DNA of 50,610 nt from Octopus bimaculoides (Eukaryota). A program made the translations under genes and the position numbers. The notes under the pieces are model-generated. The model was not told where the DNA came from. It did not search any database and saw only the letters and a list, made by a program, of their open reading frames with translations. Within the stretch, counting starts at the first letter, position 1. Every line of letters begins with the position of its first letter. This document shows positions 21,268 to 33,960 of the stretch, piece by piece. The stretch is taken from contig NC_068994.1 of the NCBI RefSeq assembly GCF_001194135.2, positions 5,055,649 to 5,106,258 of the forward strand, written 5' to 3'.

Positions 21268-23262
21268 CAGTGTATCACACTAGTATTACTTGGGCCAGTG
21301 ATGACAGATCAAAGATATACATACAAGAGACTGAACATTCATTTTATACCAGCACTCTTTAAATCATTGCTACAGTTGATCATACAGATTGCTTATTTAA
21401 ATGGGATAATTTTGAAGGTTGTGAGCCAATAGTAGGCTGCTATTATGGGGTCAATGAAAGTACCATATGCTACATAAAGAACAAGGTAGCGATCAGGACT
21501 ACCGTAGCAGTAAGTTTCTGTGAAAGTGCCAAAAAGATGAGGATAGTGAGAAATGAGCACTTTGTCAGGATGGAATCTGCCTTGGCATTGTGAATCAGTT
21601 GACTGCAAGAAGAAAAACATCCTCTGCGAGAAAGTGCAGAAATTATACCAGCAGTTTGACAGGAGATGGAGCTGAAGGCACCTAAGTAATGCAACCAAGA
21701 CCATCGACAGCACCGATGCCCAAAGATTTTCAAGCCAGCATGGGATGGTTTGACTGTTTCAAGAAACAGTTTAAAATAAAGTGTGATTGCCTGTATGAAG
21801 AGACAGCATCAGTTGACAAAGAAGCCGCCGAGAAGTACCTGGAGACCTTTAGGCAGACCATTGAGAACAAGGGATACAAGCTGTAACAGGTTTTCAATTT
21901 GGACAAAACTGGCTTGTTCTGGAAGAAGATGCCTTCCAGAACATACATCATGAAGGACGAAGCCAGAGTCCCAGGATTTAAGGCACAGAAGGACAAAGTG
22001 ACGCTAATTATGGGTGGCAATGCTGTTGGCTTTATGATGAAACCGGGACTTATCTACAAGTTCGCAAACCTTCAAAAATAAGAATAAAAACCTGCTGCCT
22101 GTCAGGTTGTGCCAGACACAACCCAAAGGCCTGGATTACCAAAAGTCTAACTCTGAATTGGTTCCATCAATAATTCATCCCTCAAGCCAAGGAATACCTC
22201 CAAAGCGTAAGCATGGAATTCATGATGTTGCTTGTGAAGGATAATGCTGATGGTCACTCTTTGTATTTGTATCATCAGGGTGTTCAAGTTGAGTTTGTCT
22301 CTGTCAGCACCACCTCCTTCATCAAGCCTATGGATCAAGGTGTGATCTGTGCCTTCAAGACACTTTACGCTCAGAACTCTCTCCAACACCTTGTGGACAT
22401 AATAGATTCGGACGAGAATTTCAAGTTAAAGGAGTACGGGCGTAACTTCACGATCGCAACATGACTGTCACTCATCCATGCTGCTCTTAGAGATGAAAAA
22501 GGAAACCCACATCGCATGCTGGAAGCAGGAATGCCTGAGTGTGTCCAGGACTATGAGAGCTTCTCACCTGAAGATATTCAGCATGAGACTGTTAACGACA
22601 CAGTGAAACTGGCAATGGTTTTGATGATGTCATGCAGGAAGAGGTCAACGATATGTTGGAGTTAACGAAGTCTGCCAGCAAAGTGGAGGCAGAAGCATCA
22701 GATCCAGAGGAAGAGGAGGATGTGGTGGGCCTGGCAATCAAACATCTGTCTGACCTTTTAAGGACAGCAAAGAAATTGCAAGGGAAGGCTGAAACAGGGG
22801 ATCCTTATATGGTTCGATCTCTCCAATTTGAAAATGTCATCGATGCTGCTATGCAGACATATAAAACACTCTTCACCACCTTGAAGAAACGACGACACCA
22901 ACTTCCCATGACAATGTTCCTCATGCTCACCAAGAAAGCCTTGCATGAAGATACAACATCCCCTAAAACATCTCAAGAAGGGATGTCACCAGAAGAGCTT
23001 TAAATGTTTGCTGTGCAGTAATTACCTTTATTATTTTCATCATTATCGTCTTAAATCAATATCATTATTGGTGAGTAAACACACATTTTACATCATTTTT
23101 TATTAAATCATTATTAAATATTATGTGTGGGTGTGTGTGTAATATTTTAAGTTATATTTTGACATTTATAGGCATTTTATAGACCACATCCGATATTCAT
23201 GCTTTTTCACCATTTGCGGGTGCTCTGGGAATGTAACATGCATGAACACCAGGGGACAACTG
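21268..23262 (+). mobile_element. Decayed Tigger/pogo DNA transposon
   Basis: CENP-B-type HTH (ASMGWFDCFKK), VFNLDKTGLFWKKMPSRTYI, and DDE_1 motifs LLVKDNADGH and IKPMDQGVICAFKTLY, with stops and frameshifts. The right end GGGGACAACTG is followed by TA. The left end is uncertain. Confidence 0.85.
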
Positions 23263-23333
23263 TAATAATTGTTATTTATTTTACATTAAATTAGATTGTT
23301 TTGTTTTTTTATTTATATTTGAATAATCAAAAA

Positions 23334-23453
23334 TCAACTGAGCTCTTTGATGAGTTTAGCCAAATCAACAGGTGTTGGGCCTTTCGACACACCTGATATC
23401 TTGATTGATTTTGCTTTCAGCTGCTTCTCAGTACTTGGTCCCAATGCCAGCAC
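23334..23453 (-). pseudogene. UROS: Duplicated copy of UROS terminal coding exon (orphan or alternative last exon), middle copy
   Basis: Identical to 11690-11809, with intact acceptor, stop and AATAAA. Confidence 0.9.
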
Positions 23454-23499
23454 CTGAAACAGAAAACCATGGCAACAATTCAATAATTCTCCAAACACA

Positions 23500-23756
23500 T
23501 GGCTGAGATTTTGGGGATTCTATTTAGACTTAGTGGTTACAATAACTGTAAGTTTAACATTCTTGTCCCTTGGCTAGTATTTGGCATAAATTCCTTCTGA
23601 ATGAAGAAGGCAATCCACTATTCGACGTTTCTATGGAGAGATACAACAGGGTTGAGACCGTCGACTTCATCAGGCTATTTATAATGAGTACCCTCAAGAA
23701 ATGCATGCACACACGTAGATCACCTCTTTACTAAGATGACAGCCTGGCAACACAAA
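23500..23756 (+). mobile_element. Penelope-like RT remnant, duplicate of 11855-12115
   Basis: Near-identical nucleotide sequence to 11855-12115, ending at GACAGCCTGGCAACA.AAACG. Confidence 0.75.
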
Positions 23757-23759
23757 CGT

Positions 23760-24330
23760 CCGCGTTCCATGCTATCATGGGTTGGACGATTTGACTGAGG
23801 ACTGGTGAAACCAGATGGCTACAGCAGGCTCCAATCTGATCAGGCAGAGTTTCTACAGCTGGATGCCCTTCCAAACGCCAACCACTCCGAGAGTGTAGTG
23901 GGTGCTTTTACGTGCCACTGACACGAAGGCCAGTCAAGCGGTACTGGCAACGGCCATGCTCAAAATGGTGTATTTTACGTGCCACCTGCACAGGAGCCAT
24001 TTCGGCGCCACTGGCAACGATCTCGCTTGAATGTCTTTACACATGCCATCCGGCACAAGTGCCAGGAAGGCGATGCTGGGCACAGGTGCCATGACAATTT
24101 CGCTTTCGCTTGCCTCAAATGGTCTTCGCAGGCCGAGTTTCGTTTCCAATGAAGGAGACGACGTTGGCATGGGCGCCAGTCGTCGAATTTAATTCGATTT
24201 CGATTTCACTTGCCTCAACAGGTCTTCGGAAGTGGAGTTTAGTGTCCAATGAAGGAAGGTACGCATAAGTGGGCTGGCTGAACAACCAATTTTCCAAAAC
24301 CAATATTTCATTGAGGAATGTCATGTTTGA
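23760..24330 (+). mobile_element. SINE-like repeat with internal ~105 bp tandem duplication
   Basis: CATGGGTTGGACG..GGATGCCCTTCC..GCCAACCAC motif, with related copies at about 9870-10000 and 39590-39800. TTGCCTCAA..GGTCTTCG..CCAATGAAGGA occurs twice at 24105-24260. Confidence 0.6.
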
Positions 24331-26092
24331 AACTATTTCTTATCAGGATACGTCAGCTTTATTGAAACATGGTGCTTTTCAGAAAATACCAATTCTATTT
24401 TTTGGTGGATATTTAACATCTTTACAAGAATAAACATGAAATTTAATTTTGAACTTGAAGAGTTAATAAACAGAGGACATATTGGATCACATAAGTGAAA
24501 ATGATGGGAGGGTCACAGTTGGAAGACCTTCGATATTAATCAGAGCAAGGCTTAAACAACAACAATGCTGCTACAGGATATTCATTATTATAAAATGATT
24601 TGTAATGAACAGTTTCCAATCTAAGCTAGGATTTGAAACTGAATCTATGTTTTCCTACAAATCCTTTTCCTATTGTTTTTGCCTATTGCACTAAGAAATT
24701 AATGAGAGTAGACTGATTTCTTTGCCTTTTTCAAGTCATATATGGGTCAAACCCGATACATCACAAAAACCCTTTGTTTAGCTCGACCCAGTTTGTTTAT
24801 GAATTATATAAATAAGCAACCCCAAATTAGTTCTACCTTTTTGGTTACTTGGCTCCTATGGGAATATCACACCTTTTCTTATGGAGGGTAACCGTGCAAG
24901 AACACAACTCTTTTTCTATCTGGGTAGGTTCTCTTACCCATTCCCTCTCTAGTAATCACTCACTGGTGAAACTAATGACCATATGGAATGGACTATAATA
25001 CAATAAATAACCTCTGATCTCACACATCTCAAAGTAGTTGTGACTTATTTTGTAATGATGATAAATAAAGGACCATTTCAACTAAAGATATTTTCATTTA
25101 TTTGGTGCATATTATCATTACACATGATTGTTATAATTGGTGACCTCTGATGTTTTATATACTGTTAAATTTGGATCTTACACTCAGCCGTTACAAATTG
25201 GTGACATCTTATATCATATCTATGTTATAGATTGGTGACTTCTGATGTTCATCGATCATCACACATTACAGATCGAAAATACAGGTACTTCTTAATTTGT
25301 ATGCTGTTTTAGATGAGAGGAGATGAAATGTACAGTTGATGGTGTTCCATACCTTTCAATGGTGACAATTATGTGGAGGGTGAAGAAGTTAATAAGTGTT
25401 TTGTCATGGAATGTTGCAGAAATGCAAGAATTAATGTTTCTTTTCGATATAAAGTCATCGACATTTTGTACGAGTTGGATGAAATTGTTAAATTACAAGG
25501 GAGACAATCACAGTTCTGTTAATTCTTAACTGAGTAATTACATGATAGGCANNNNNNNNNNNNNNNNGGGGGGGGGGGGTGAAATGGTTGAGTTAATGGA
25601 TCATCACATGAAATGCCTTATGATATTTATTCCAGCTCTTTACATTCTGAGGTCAAACTTTGTCTTTCATTCCATTCAGGGTGCTGGCGAAGGGCTGTGA
25701 ACTGGAGAAATCTTATTGGACAGGATGCCTTGGGTATTTCTTTCAGCCTTTGCATTCTTAGTTCAAACCTTGCAGTGTCCTACTCGGGTGGTAGACTTAT
25801 TCTGATCATTGCATCATAGCCAGGCTTTAATAGGCTCCTCTCTGTTGCAAGTATTTCAATCAAATCTTTGGTTAAGGGATACATTTCTCCACCCTTTTTT
25901 GTGAGGCTTTGTAAAGGGACATAGATACTATGTCCCCTCTTCACTAACTGGTGACAGAAAATATAAAAATTCAGTCGTAAATACTAATCTTCAACACTGA
26001 CATAGTCCTCAGCCTGTTTTTTGCAGGGAAGCAAGGAATCCTATTATTTTCTCTTTTATTTGATGCGTCTGGAGATGGAAGCAGTGCTCATG

Positions 26093-26240
26093 GTGAGACT
26101 GATGCTGTTAATGTTCCACATAAACTGTTGCAAAAACATCACCCACATGAGCAAAGTGGGATCTTCTGATGTCTACCATTCTGACAACAGACTGGTTAGC
26201 GCAGAGTTTAAGGTTTAGGACAAAACATTGGTGATGAGAG
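26093..26240 (+). mobile_element. LINE fragment paralogous to 1712-1850 (left part of the duplicated cassette)
   Basis: GTGAGACTGATGCTGTTAATGTTCCACATAAACTGTTGCAAAAA is shared exactly with 1712-1755. Confidence 0.7.
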
Positions 26241-26793
26241 GGTAGAGAATAGCTGAGATCAGTCTGCTCTAGGAAGAGTGGACCAATGCAGTATCTATAT
26301 TTGATCAATAACCATCAATAGGTTCATACTAAACATATCAGTATCTATCGAAAAGTATCATTCATGAAATGATTATGAATTTAAATTACATTGTAGATCC
26401 AACTGTAACATGTTTAATAATTATTCAATAATAGGTAGCTTGCGTGGGAGAAAATATGTTCAGAAATTATCAGCAGTTATAAGATAAAAATACACATTTA
26501 TTATGTAAGTAAATTACACACGAACGTTTGTCAAGAATCTTATCGAGATTTAGCTGTTTGTCACACGTGTTAGAGTGCTGTGCTTAACAATAGAAGGATA
26601 TGAAAGACGATCGTCATTTTTATAATAATGAAATAAATTTAGTTGTTACGTTTTAAACGAACTTAATTATGAAACAAAATCAAAGAGGATCAAAATCTTT
26701 AACAATGAAGGGATGTGAATAAAGTCATTAAATTACCAAGAGTTTGCGCAACATGATACAAACACAGATCCATCGGAATTTTCCATTAGGTTT

Positions 26794-27477
26794 TTAAGAG
26801 GGAATCGTAGCTGAACGAACCGAATTTTCTTGACGATAGCTCTCGAGAGATTCCTTCATTTTACTCCAGTTTACAATCTCTGGAAATTCACTGAGGGCTT
26901 TCAAGAGTCTTACTAATCCACCGGGTAAGAAACCTTCTTTTCGTCTCCAGGCATTAAATGTCACGAACTTCTGCATGTACTCATTGCCACTATTCTTAGC
27001 GTTAGTAATTTTCCCCATTTCAACCCCTAATTCAATAGCTGCAGCTTCCCAACCACTTGACACAAACAATAAGACTCGACCAAGCAATCTCTCGTCCAGA
27101 TCTAAATCTTTAGCACAATCGAGGACGGCACCCACTTCAGGGTCCACCACCGGTGAACTGTCCTTTTCTTCCACGAGTCTGGCCAAAGAACCGAAACCGT
27201 TGTTTCTCAGACAGTTCAAAAATTCATCAAATATTCTAGAAATATTACGTCTGTCCTCATTTTTCGTTTTTTCAAGAAGGAATTTGAGAAAACACCGATT
27301 TTTTTTCTCTATAACTTTCTCTGCTTGAACAGTATGCATTTCCTCTGAATTAAAGATTGAACTTGCATAAAAATGATCAAGTATTGTTCCTATAAGTATT
27401 TCATCGATACCATCCACGAGTTGTTTATAACTTTGTAGAATTTTGTTCGCATTGAAAGTCCTTTGTCCGTCAGCCAT
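26794..27477 (-). CDS. Intronless CARD-death domain protein, 227 aa (RAIDD/CRADD-like), pair B left gene
   Basis: ATG at 27477 (MADGQRTFNANK) aligns with the start of 4333-5016. Same length, no indels, 69 of the first 100 residues identical by hand count. An in-frame upstream ATG at 27636 could add 53 aa. Confidence 0.85.
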   Translation of the reverse strand: MADGQRTFNANKILQSYKQLVDGIDEILIGTILDHFYASSIFNSEEMHTVQAEKVIEKKNRCFLKFLLEKTKNEDRRNISRIFDEFLNCLRNNGFGSLARLVEEKDSSPVVDPEVGAVLDCAKDLDLDERLLGRVLLFVSSGWEAAAIELGVEMGKITNAKNSGNEYMQKFVTFNAWRRKEGFLPGGLVRLLKALSEFPEIVNWSKMKESLESYRQENSVRSATIPS

Positions 27478-28383
27478 TTTCTTACCGGAACCGAGAGTGA
27501 TCTCCCCTGAATTACAAACTTTCGAAAACTTCTCGCGCACCTGCACGCCACTCCAATAGGCAATGTTTAGGAATGGCTGTCTCTTGAAGTCATATACCTC
27601 ACGCAAAAGTAGAAGGGTACTCTTTTCTGTTCTCATGGGGCATGTTACTTAGAGAGAGAGAGAGGCGGGGAGAGCTATTCCAAAATTCCTCCCTCTTACC
27701 CGTTTCTCTCTCTTACCCCACTCCTACTCTCTCTCTCTCTCATCTACAAATTCCCGCTATCTTTCTTCACGACCGCAACATTTTCTATTCGCATTTCACC
27801 TGTAAACATCAAGAACCACATCGTCTCAGTGACTCAGGGAAATGTAAACGTTATGGATATCATCTCTTCTCTTCGGACTAAATAATTAGCAAGATTAGAT
27901 GGGGAAAATAAGTGTATTTAGGGTAGGCCAACTAAAGTAACTGTATGTAATGTATAACGAACAGTAAGTTTTGATGAGCGCACCCACACACATTTCACTC
28001 GTTGTTACAGAGAAGAAAAGGGTAATTTAATTTGTACTTTAGAAATTCACTCTGAAATTAAAAATTTTAGCTTCTCTAAAATCGATTAAACTGAATGTCG
28101 GAATGCATGTACATAATTATGTTTATTTGAATTAACTTTAATACACGTTTATACTTTTGGGTTGACGACACTTCTTGCGTTATAACACCGAGCTGAGCAC
28201 AAGTTATAAGATACGGAAATGAAAGTTATACGCGAAAGCGACCCACATAACAGCACTTTTGAGCGTCACCACATTCAATGTGCATGCGCAGAAGTAGCTG
28301 TGTAAAGAGGTTCAACGGCAAAGTTTTTCCAAGCCTTTTTAGTGTACCCACGTAGAACACTGTCTAATCATACTCAGAGCACG
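27478..28383. promoter_or_regulatory. Divergent promoter region of CARD-DD pair B
   Basis: 0.9 kb between divergent ATGs. 28011-28383 matches 6021-6393 at a constant offset of 21990. Confidence 0.6.
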
Positions 28384-29055
28384 ATGGCTAACACACAGCA
28401 ATTCAGGAACTCAATTAAAATTCAGCGATGTCGTGAGGATCTTGTGGAAGGGCTTGATGATGTGTCAGTAAAAGTCATTGTTGATTGTCTTTTGACTAAA
28501 TTGTTTATCACGCACGAGAATAAGGATGTAATTCAAGCTGAAAAGACTGGACAAGACAAAGCCCGGGAATTACTAGACCTTATTTACCGCAAAGTGGAAA
28601 GCCAGGATAAAGTGAAAAAGTCAGATTTATTTGATGAATTCGTGGAATGTCTAAGAAAATATAACTCATGTTTAGCATCAACCGTGGAAATGGCTGATGA
28701 CAGTGTGCCGAATAAAGCACTTAACATAGATGATATCCTTGTACGTGTTAAAGATATAAATTTGGATGAGAAAATTCTAAAATGTATCTTGATGAACGTG
28801 AGCTCTGGATGGGAACATGTGGCTACCGAATTAGGTGTTAGCCATGTAAAACTTAGTATTGCTAAGCAAAACAGCTCAGACGTAGACATCCAGATGTTTG
28901 AGGTATTTAAAGCTTGGAGACGCATACAGCCCTCTGAGACAAATGCATTATCAAAACTTCTAGAAGTCTTCGATCGCTGTTCTTATGAATGCAAAACAGA
29001 CTTGAATAAAATACTTGAAAGTGTCACGAGCCCTCATAAAGAAAAGATAAGATAA
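28384..29055 (+). CDS. Intronless CARD-death domain protein, 223 aa (RAIDD/CRADD-like), pair B right gene
   Basis: ATG at 28384. Paralogue of 6394-7050, with about 76% aa identity over the first 90 residues and less in the DD. DD motif GWEHVATELGV..QMFEVFKAWRR..KLLEVF. Confidence 0.85.
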   Translation: MANTQQFRNSIKIQRCREDLVEGLDDVSVKVIVDCLLTKLFITHENKDVIQAEKTGQDKARELLDLIYRKVESQDKVKKSDLFDEFVECLRKYNSCLASTVEMADDSVPNKALNIDDILVRVKDINLDEKILKCILMNVSSGWEHVATELGVSHVKLSIAKQNSSDVDIQMFEVFKAWRRIQPSETNALSKLLEVFDRCSYECKTDLNKILESVTSPHKEKIR

Positions 29056-30319
29056 AAAAAAATCCTCTCAATTTTGACAGTCTTGTATGTTTATATTAAC
29101 AAAATACCGTTTATCCGATACACTTGTTGATATGCACATATCAATCTATAAATGGACAAAGAACAGACACGTCGAAAATGAAATTAACCTACACTGCACA
29201 GCATAATACTTACTTCGTGGACTGATATAAGACATCGACATGCGACAACCGAAATTATGCATTATTAACAAACATTAAATTTTAATTATTGAATACTTTT
29301 CAACGAACAGTTTATTTTCGACTTTCTATATAGAAACTTGCTGGGTGAGTGTGACATCATATCAAACACGGAAGTATGCTATATATTCCTTCGTTGATTT
29401 TTAAAAAATTTTAAACGAAAACCTTTATTTATTTATATTAATTTTTTCTATAATAAACAACATAATTTTTTTAAAATTTTCATTATGGATAGTATCAATC
29501 GCTATAATTTTATTTACTTAAATATATGTATTTTTGTAACAAACCGTAGTTATTTTTAGAAATAAAGACGGTCTTATTTAGTGATAACTAAGAAAACAGT
29601 TAATCTCTAGTTTAAGACTCTGTCACACAAGTGAAATAAAAACAGTGTAAAATGTGTAGTTAACGAATATGAAAAAAAAATGTGCACTGACGAACAGGGG
29701 TGAGGTGGGGCGAGGACTCGGAAAATTCACACGATCCGGTAACCCAACTTCGACACAGGGCCACCAAAAGGGGGGGGGGGAAATGGACTAAACAAAACAA
29801 GTGTAATAGGTATAAAATTATGTGTAGTTATTCCGTTTACATATTTGTTTTGCAAGATTTTTTATGTGAAATCGTGTGTTGAAACATGTTGTTGTACTTG
29901 GGGATAGTAATCTTGCCAGTTTAGCCAATAAAAACACACGCACTGTATATTTGTGTAGTTAATGAATATGAAAAACAATTGCACCGACGAACGGGATGGG
30001 TGGGACAACTGCCGGTTCGCCAGCGTGCATTTTTTTTTCACATTCGTTTCCTACACATTGTTTACACTATTTTTTGTTCTCGTTTTTGTGGCTGGGTCCT
30101 TAACCAGAGATTTACCAAAAAAAAGCAATGAACTGCAACATAACAATATAATATATTAGAAATTGTTTTGTATTGATGAAAAATAAACCTGTTGCAGTGG
30201 TAAGTGAATGGAGTTCGGTGAATTGTTGCAGGAAGCAGGTAATGGAGAGAGTAAGGGAGGAGACACTTTGGGGGGTGAGGGATTAATGCAAATGCTAGGG
30301 GAAAGGAAAGAATAGTGTC

Positions 30320-30581
30320 AGGGGTTAGAGAGACTGAGTTGGTTGGGTAGAGGGGATCGGGAACTATGAATTGTATAAGGGTGAAAATGGAGAGATTGGT
30401 TTGAAAGAGATAGAGATGAGGGGAGTGAGGAGCTAAAGAACTTGAGTGGACATGTGTCTGTGAAAGAATGATGAGGGGGAGGCCAGAGAAAGAGAGAGAG
30501 GAAGTTGAGAGGGTGTTGAGGCAGCAGAGAAGCTATGGGGAGTTAATAGAATGTTCGGTGTTGAATTTAGGGTCCATAAAT
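30320..30581. repeat. Second copy of the 20615-20883 repeat
   Basis: Direct sequence match. Confidence 0.85.
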
Positions 30582-31414
30582 TAGTCTCTGTTTAATTCAG
30601 TTTTCATTGTTTTTGAATATTTCTGTAGTTGCTTATTTTCAGTTGTCCTTAACTATGTTATTGATACTTAAGATGCAGACCAGCCATGATAAAGCAAACC
30701 TGTGATCAACGACATTCCAGTTATGACCATCCATCCTGTCTTTCATTCAAAAAGTATACATCTAACACTGTACTATCCAATGCATCCTACATTTTCCCAA
30801 GATAACCAGATGTGACTTGAGGGAGATTTATCTGCTATTTCTATCAGGTTGACTGATCATATAGAAGCTTCCTCATATTAGTTTGGTAGTGTAATGGTAT
30901 CATGCTTGCTTTACTTTCTGTTAGTTGTTCATACTGGAGGGATATTTGTTGGTCTGCTTTCACATATTACCTTCAGATTGCAATGTAACTTTCTCCTGTC
31001 AATAATGTCAGAAGGTGGTAGGGTCCTTTCTGTTTTCTTGCTTACCAGAACCTTGATCTTTACTTAAGTCCTTTCGATTCCAGGTTTTGCTTCCAAGCCT
31101 GGAATTTCTGTTAGATTTGTTTGTTGTTCATCTGAAGTCCCATATTCCAATGTAGTTCGTCTGAGGTCCCTGTTTTGAGTGACTGTCGAAGTTGAACTGG
31201 ATTGAGATATATGGCGAGGAAAACATTCTTGTAAACGAAAAACGTTTCTTGATAATTAACATTCGGTGAGTGAGTCTTTTGTTATGGTTGATAAATAAAT
31301 GTAATGATTAAGTTGTACAACTCATTGTGTTTTCTCTGCGAGTTCCCGAGAGGAATGCAACAATTTTTTTTCTACTTCTGTTGCAGTGTCTGCTATAAGA
31401 GAAAGATCAATAGT

Positions 31415-31700
31415 ATATAACTATTCCCAGGGACAACCGGTCTTGAAATCTTGTGTTACGGCCTGGGAGACAATAACGCACAGGAGTGTTTTGAGAACTG
31501 AACCCTGGTGAACCCCTACCGGTATACTAAATTTATTACTGTACTCCTGGTTAACTCTCACCTCTAACATACAATATTCATAAAGCACTCTACCCCAAAC
31601 TTCTTTAGAGCCCACTGTATCACACAGTGGTGTATACTGATGAAGGCTTTCTCCAAGTCAACAAATGTCTAGTACAATGGTGTATTCTTAGCCAAATATT
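31415..31700 (-). mobile_element. RTE-clade LINE RT fragment
   Basis: EVRVNQEYSNKFSIPVGVHQGSVLKTLLCVIV..DFKTGCPWE matches the RTE RT motif VGVHQGSVLSPLLF..GCPWELLYADD. Confidence 0.75.
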
Positions 31701-31879
31701 TCTTCTGCTGTAGTCTGACTATAAAGCTAGTTTGACAATAAACATGACATCTAGATTGTGTCAGACTGATGTTATATTCCCCAGAATTGAGTCACTAAAG
31801 AACATAATGGCATGCTTTTGCCTATAATATCCTTTAAATAAAATAAATATTTAAGTATTTCCTTATTATTTTTATTATT

Positions 31880-32335
31880 AAGGTGCCAAGATGGTAGAAT
31901 CATTAGCGTGCTGAATGAAAGAAATGCTTAGTGTTAATTTGACTGTTGCTATTTTCTGGGTTCAGATTCCGCTAAGGTTGACTTTAATTTCCATCCTTTC
32001 AGGGGGTTGATAAATAATGTACCAGTGGAACACTAGGGTCGATGTAATTGACCGATCTCCTCTCCCCGCAAATTTCAGGCCTTGTGCCTATAGTAGAAAG
32101 GATTATTATTATTATTATTAAAGGCAGTGAGGTGGCAGAATTATTAGCACTGGCCAAAATGCTTAGTGACATTTCTGCTTTTATGTTCTGAGTTCAAATT
32201 CTGCCAAGGTCGGCTTTACTTTTTATCTTTTTGGACTTAATATGTAACAGCTGAACACTGGGGTCGATGCAATTGACTTGTTCCCTTCCTAAAAATTGTT
32301 AGCCTTAGGCCAAAATTAAATACCATAATTATTAT
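31880..32335 (+). mobile_element. Two tandem SINE copies
   Basis: Each has GGTAGAAT.ATTAGC..AAATGCTTAGT..GGGGTCGATG..(ATT)n tail; same family as 8570. Confidence 0.7.
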
Positions 32336-32599
32336 TATTATCCTTATTATTTTGATGAAAACTGAGCTTATTTTGCTTGTATGATGGAAAAAGTCAGCTG
32401 CCCATATCCTGTAGGCTAAGGTGACACTTATTTACTGATTATGTTTCAAGGTCCCTGCTGAGAACTCTTGCAGTTCCAAGTAATGATGAATTTTGTAGGC
32501 GTCTCATCTTTATGTTTGTACCAATCTTTTTGAGCGATGTTTGTAGTTGAGTGCTGATACTTCCAAGTGTGTTAATCACTATTGGTATCATACCCCTCT

Positions 32600-33960
32600 T
32601 CTATCATACCCACTCTTTTTATTGTCCACAATCTCTGTATTTCCCACTTCAATTCATCATAGTTATTCATTTTTCTTCAATTCTGTTGTCATCAGGACAT
32701 GCTATGCTAATTATCAGGTTGTGTTTTTCCTTTTCTGTTCACCACCACAATGTCAGGTTTCCGATGTCTAAACTTATGCTTACTCTGAACCATTGCATTC
32801 CACAAGATCTCCATTCTCAGTGATTCTCTCTGGGATTTTGTCATACCATGCTTTTAATCTTTCTAGGTCATAATTTCCACAGAGACCCCCCCAACAAATC
32901 ATTCTTGCCACATTGTCTTACTATCGTTTGTATTTATGCAGTGCCAATTTTGGGCATTCACTAACAATGTGCCATACAGTTTTGCTCCTCTCACTACACA
33001 TTCTGCATTTGTTGTTCTCACTTGTGTTATCAATTCTGTCCTTCAGATAGTTTGTTCCTAATGCTTGTCCTTGTGCCATGTATATTAGTGTTTCTGTTTC
33101 TATCCTCAAGTCACTCCCCTGCATCCATAATCACTAGTCTTCAATATCTGTCTTGACAGTCATATCTCTTGCAAACTGTCTGTACATTTTTTTCCTTCCA
33201 TGCTATTTCTTTTTCTTGAGTTCTTCTCCTCTTTAAGTTTTTCTTTCTTTACACAGTTATCAATTTTGATGATACTGCAAATCTGCACCTGCTTCAGCAA
33301 TGCTTCCATGGTATTTCTTACATACCACCCTAAGCTGTTTCCCTCTGATTGAACACAATCCTGGCATCTGATCAAATGTCTCCCAACCTTTCTTCTGGAT
33401 AAGTACAACCCTTCAATGTCACACTTGGGATGGAATACTCCATGCGCTGTCAATATTTTCCATGTCTTTGCATCCATGCTCATTAGTTCTTTTCTTCTTC
33501 CAGTTTATGATTCTAGCTCCGTACCAAAGTAATGCTCTTACTTATTCCATCCAATCAATTTCGAGCCACAACACCAATCTCAGTCTTCAGAAATATTCTT
33601 TACTTGGCTGTTCTTTCATATCCTTCTCCATGGTTGGACTCTGATATACCAAGGTATTTATAGCTTTCCTTTTCAGCTTGTTTAATCACTTCTCTATTGG
33701 GTAATTCTATCCCTGCCTGGTATTGAACCTTTCCTCTTTTCAGGTTCATTATACCACACTTCTTAAGTCTGAATTCCATTTTAACATCAGCGTTAAAACA
33801 GTGGACTGTGTTCACCAAAGAACTCACTTGTACCTCATCCTTGCTACATAGCTTCCAATCATCCATAAAGAGGAGGTGGTTGGTTTTTAGAGATTTTTTT
33901 CTTTGACTGATATCCCAGGTTCACTTTCTTCAGTATTAAGGGTCAGAGGGATCATGGAAA
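32600..33960 (-). mobile_element. Decayed R4/Dong-type (RLE) non-LTR retrotransposon
   Basis: RT MDDWKL..MEFRLKKCG; AQGQALGTNY..KCRMCSE..TVWHIVSECPKLA zinc knuckle. Fragmented. Confidence 0.8.

Noticed and set aside
21689-23003. Domesticated TIGD/CENP-B-like host gene
   Set aside because: The transposase is split over several frames with in-frame stops, and a TIR-like end is present.
10011-33960. The two RLE-type LINEs (10011-10870 and 32600-33960) as part of the cassette duplication
   Set aside because: Similar position and strand, but only about half of residues match, far below the other paralogous flanks. More likely independent insertions.
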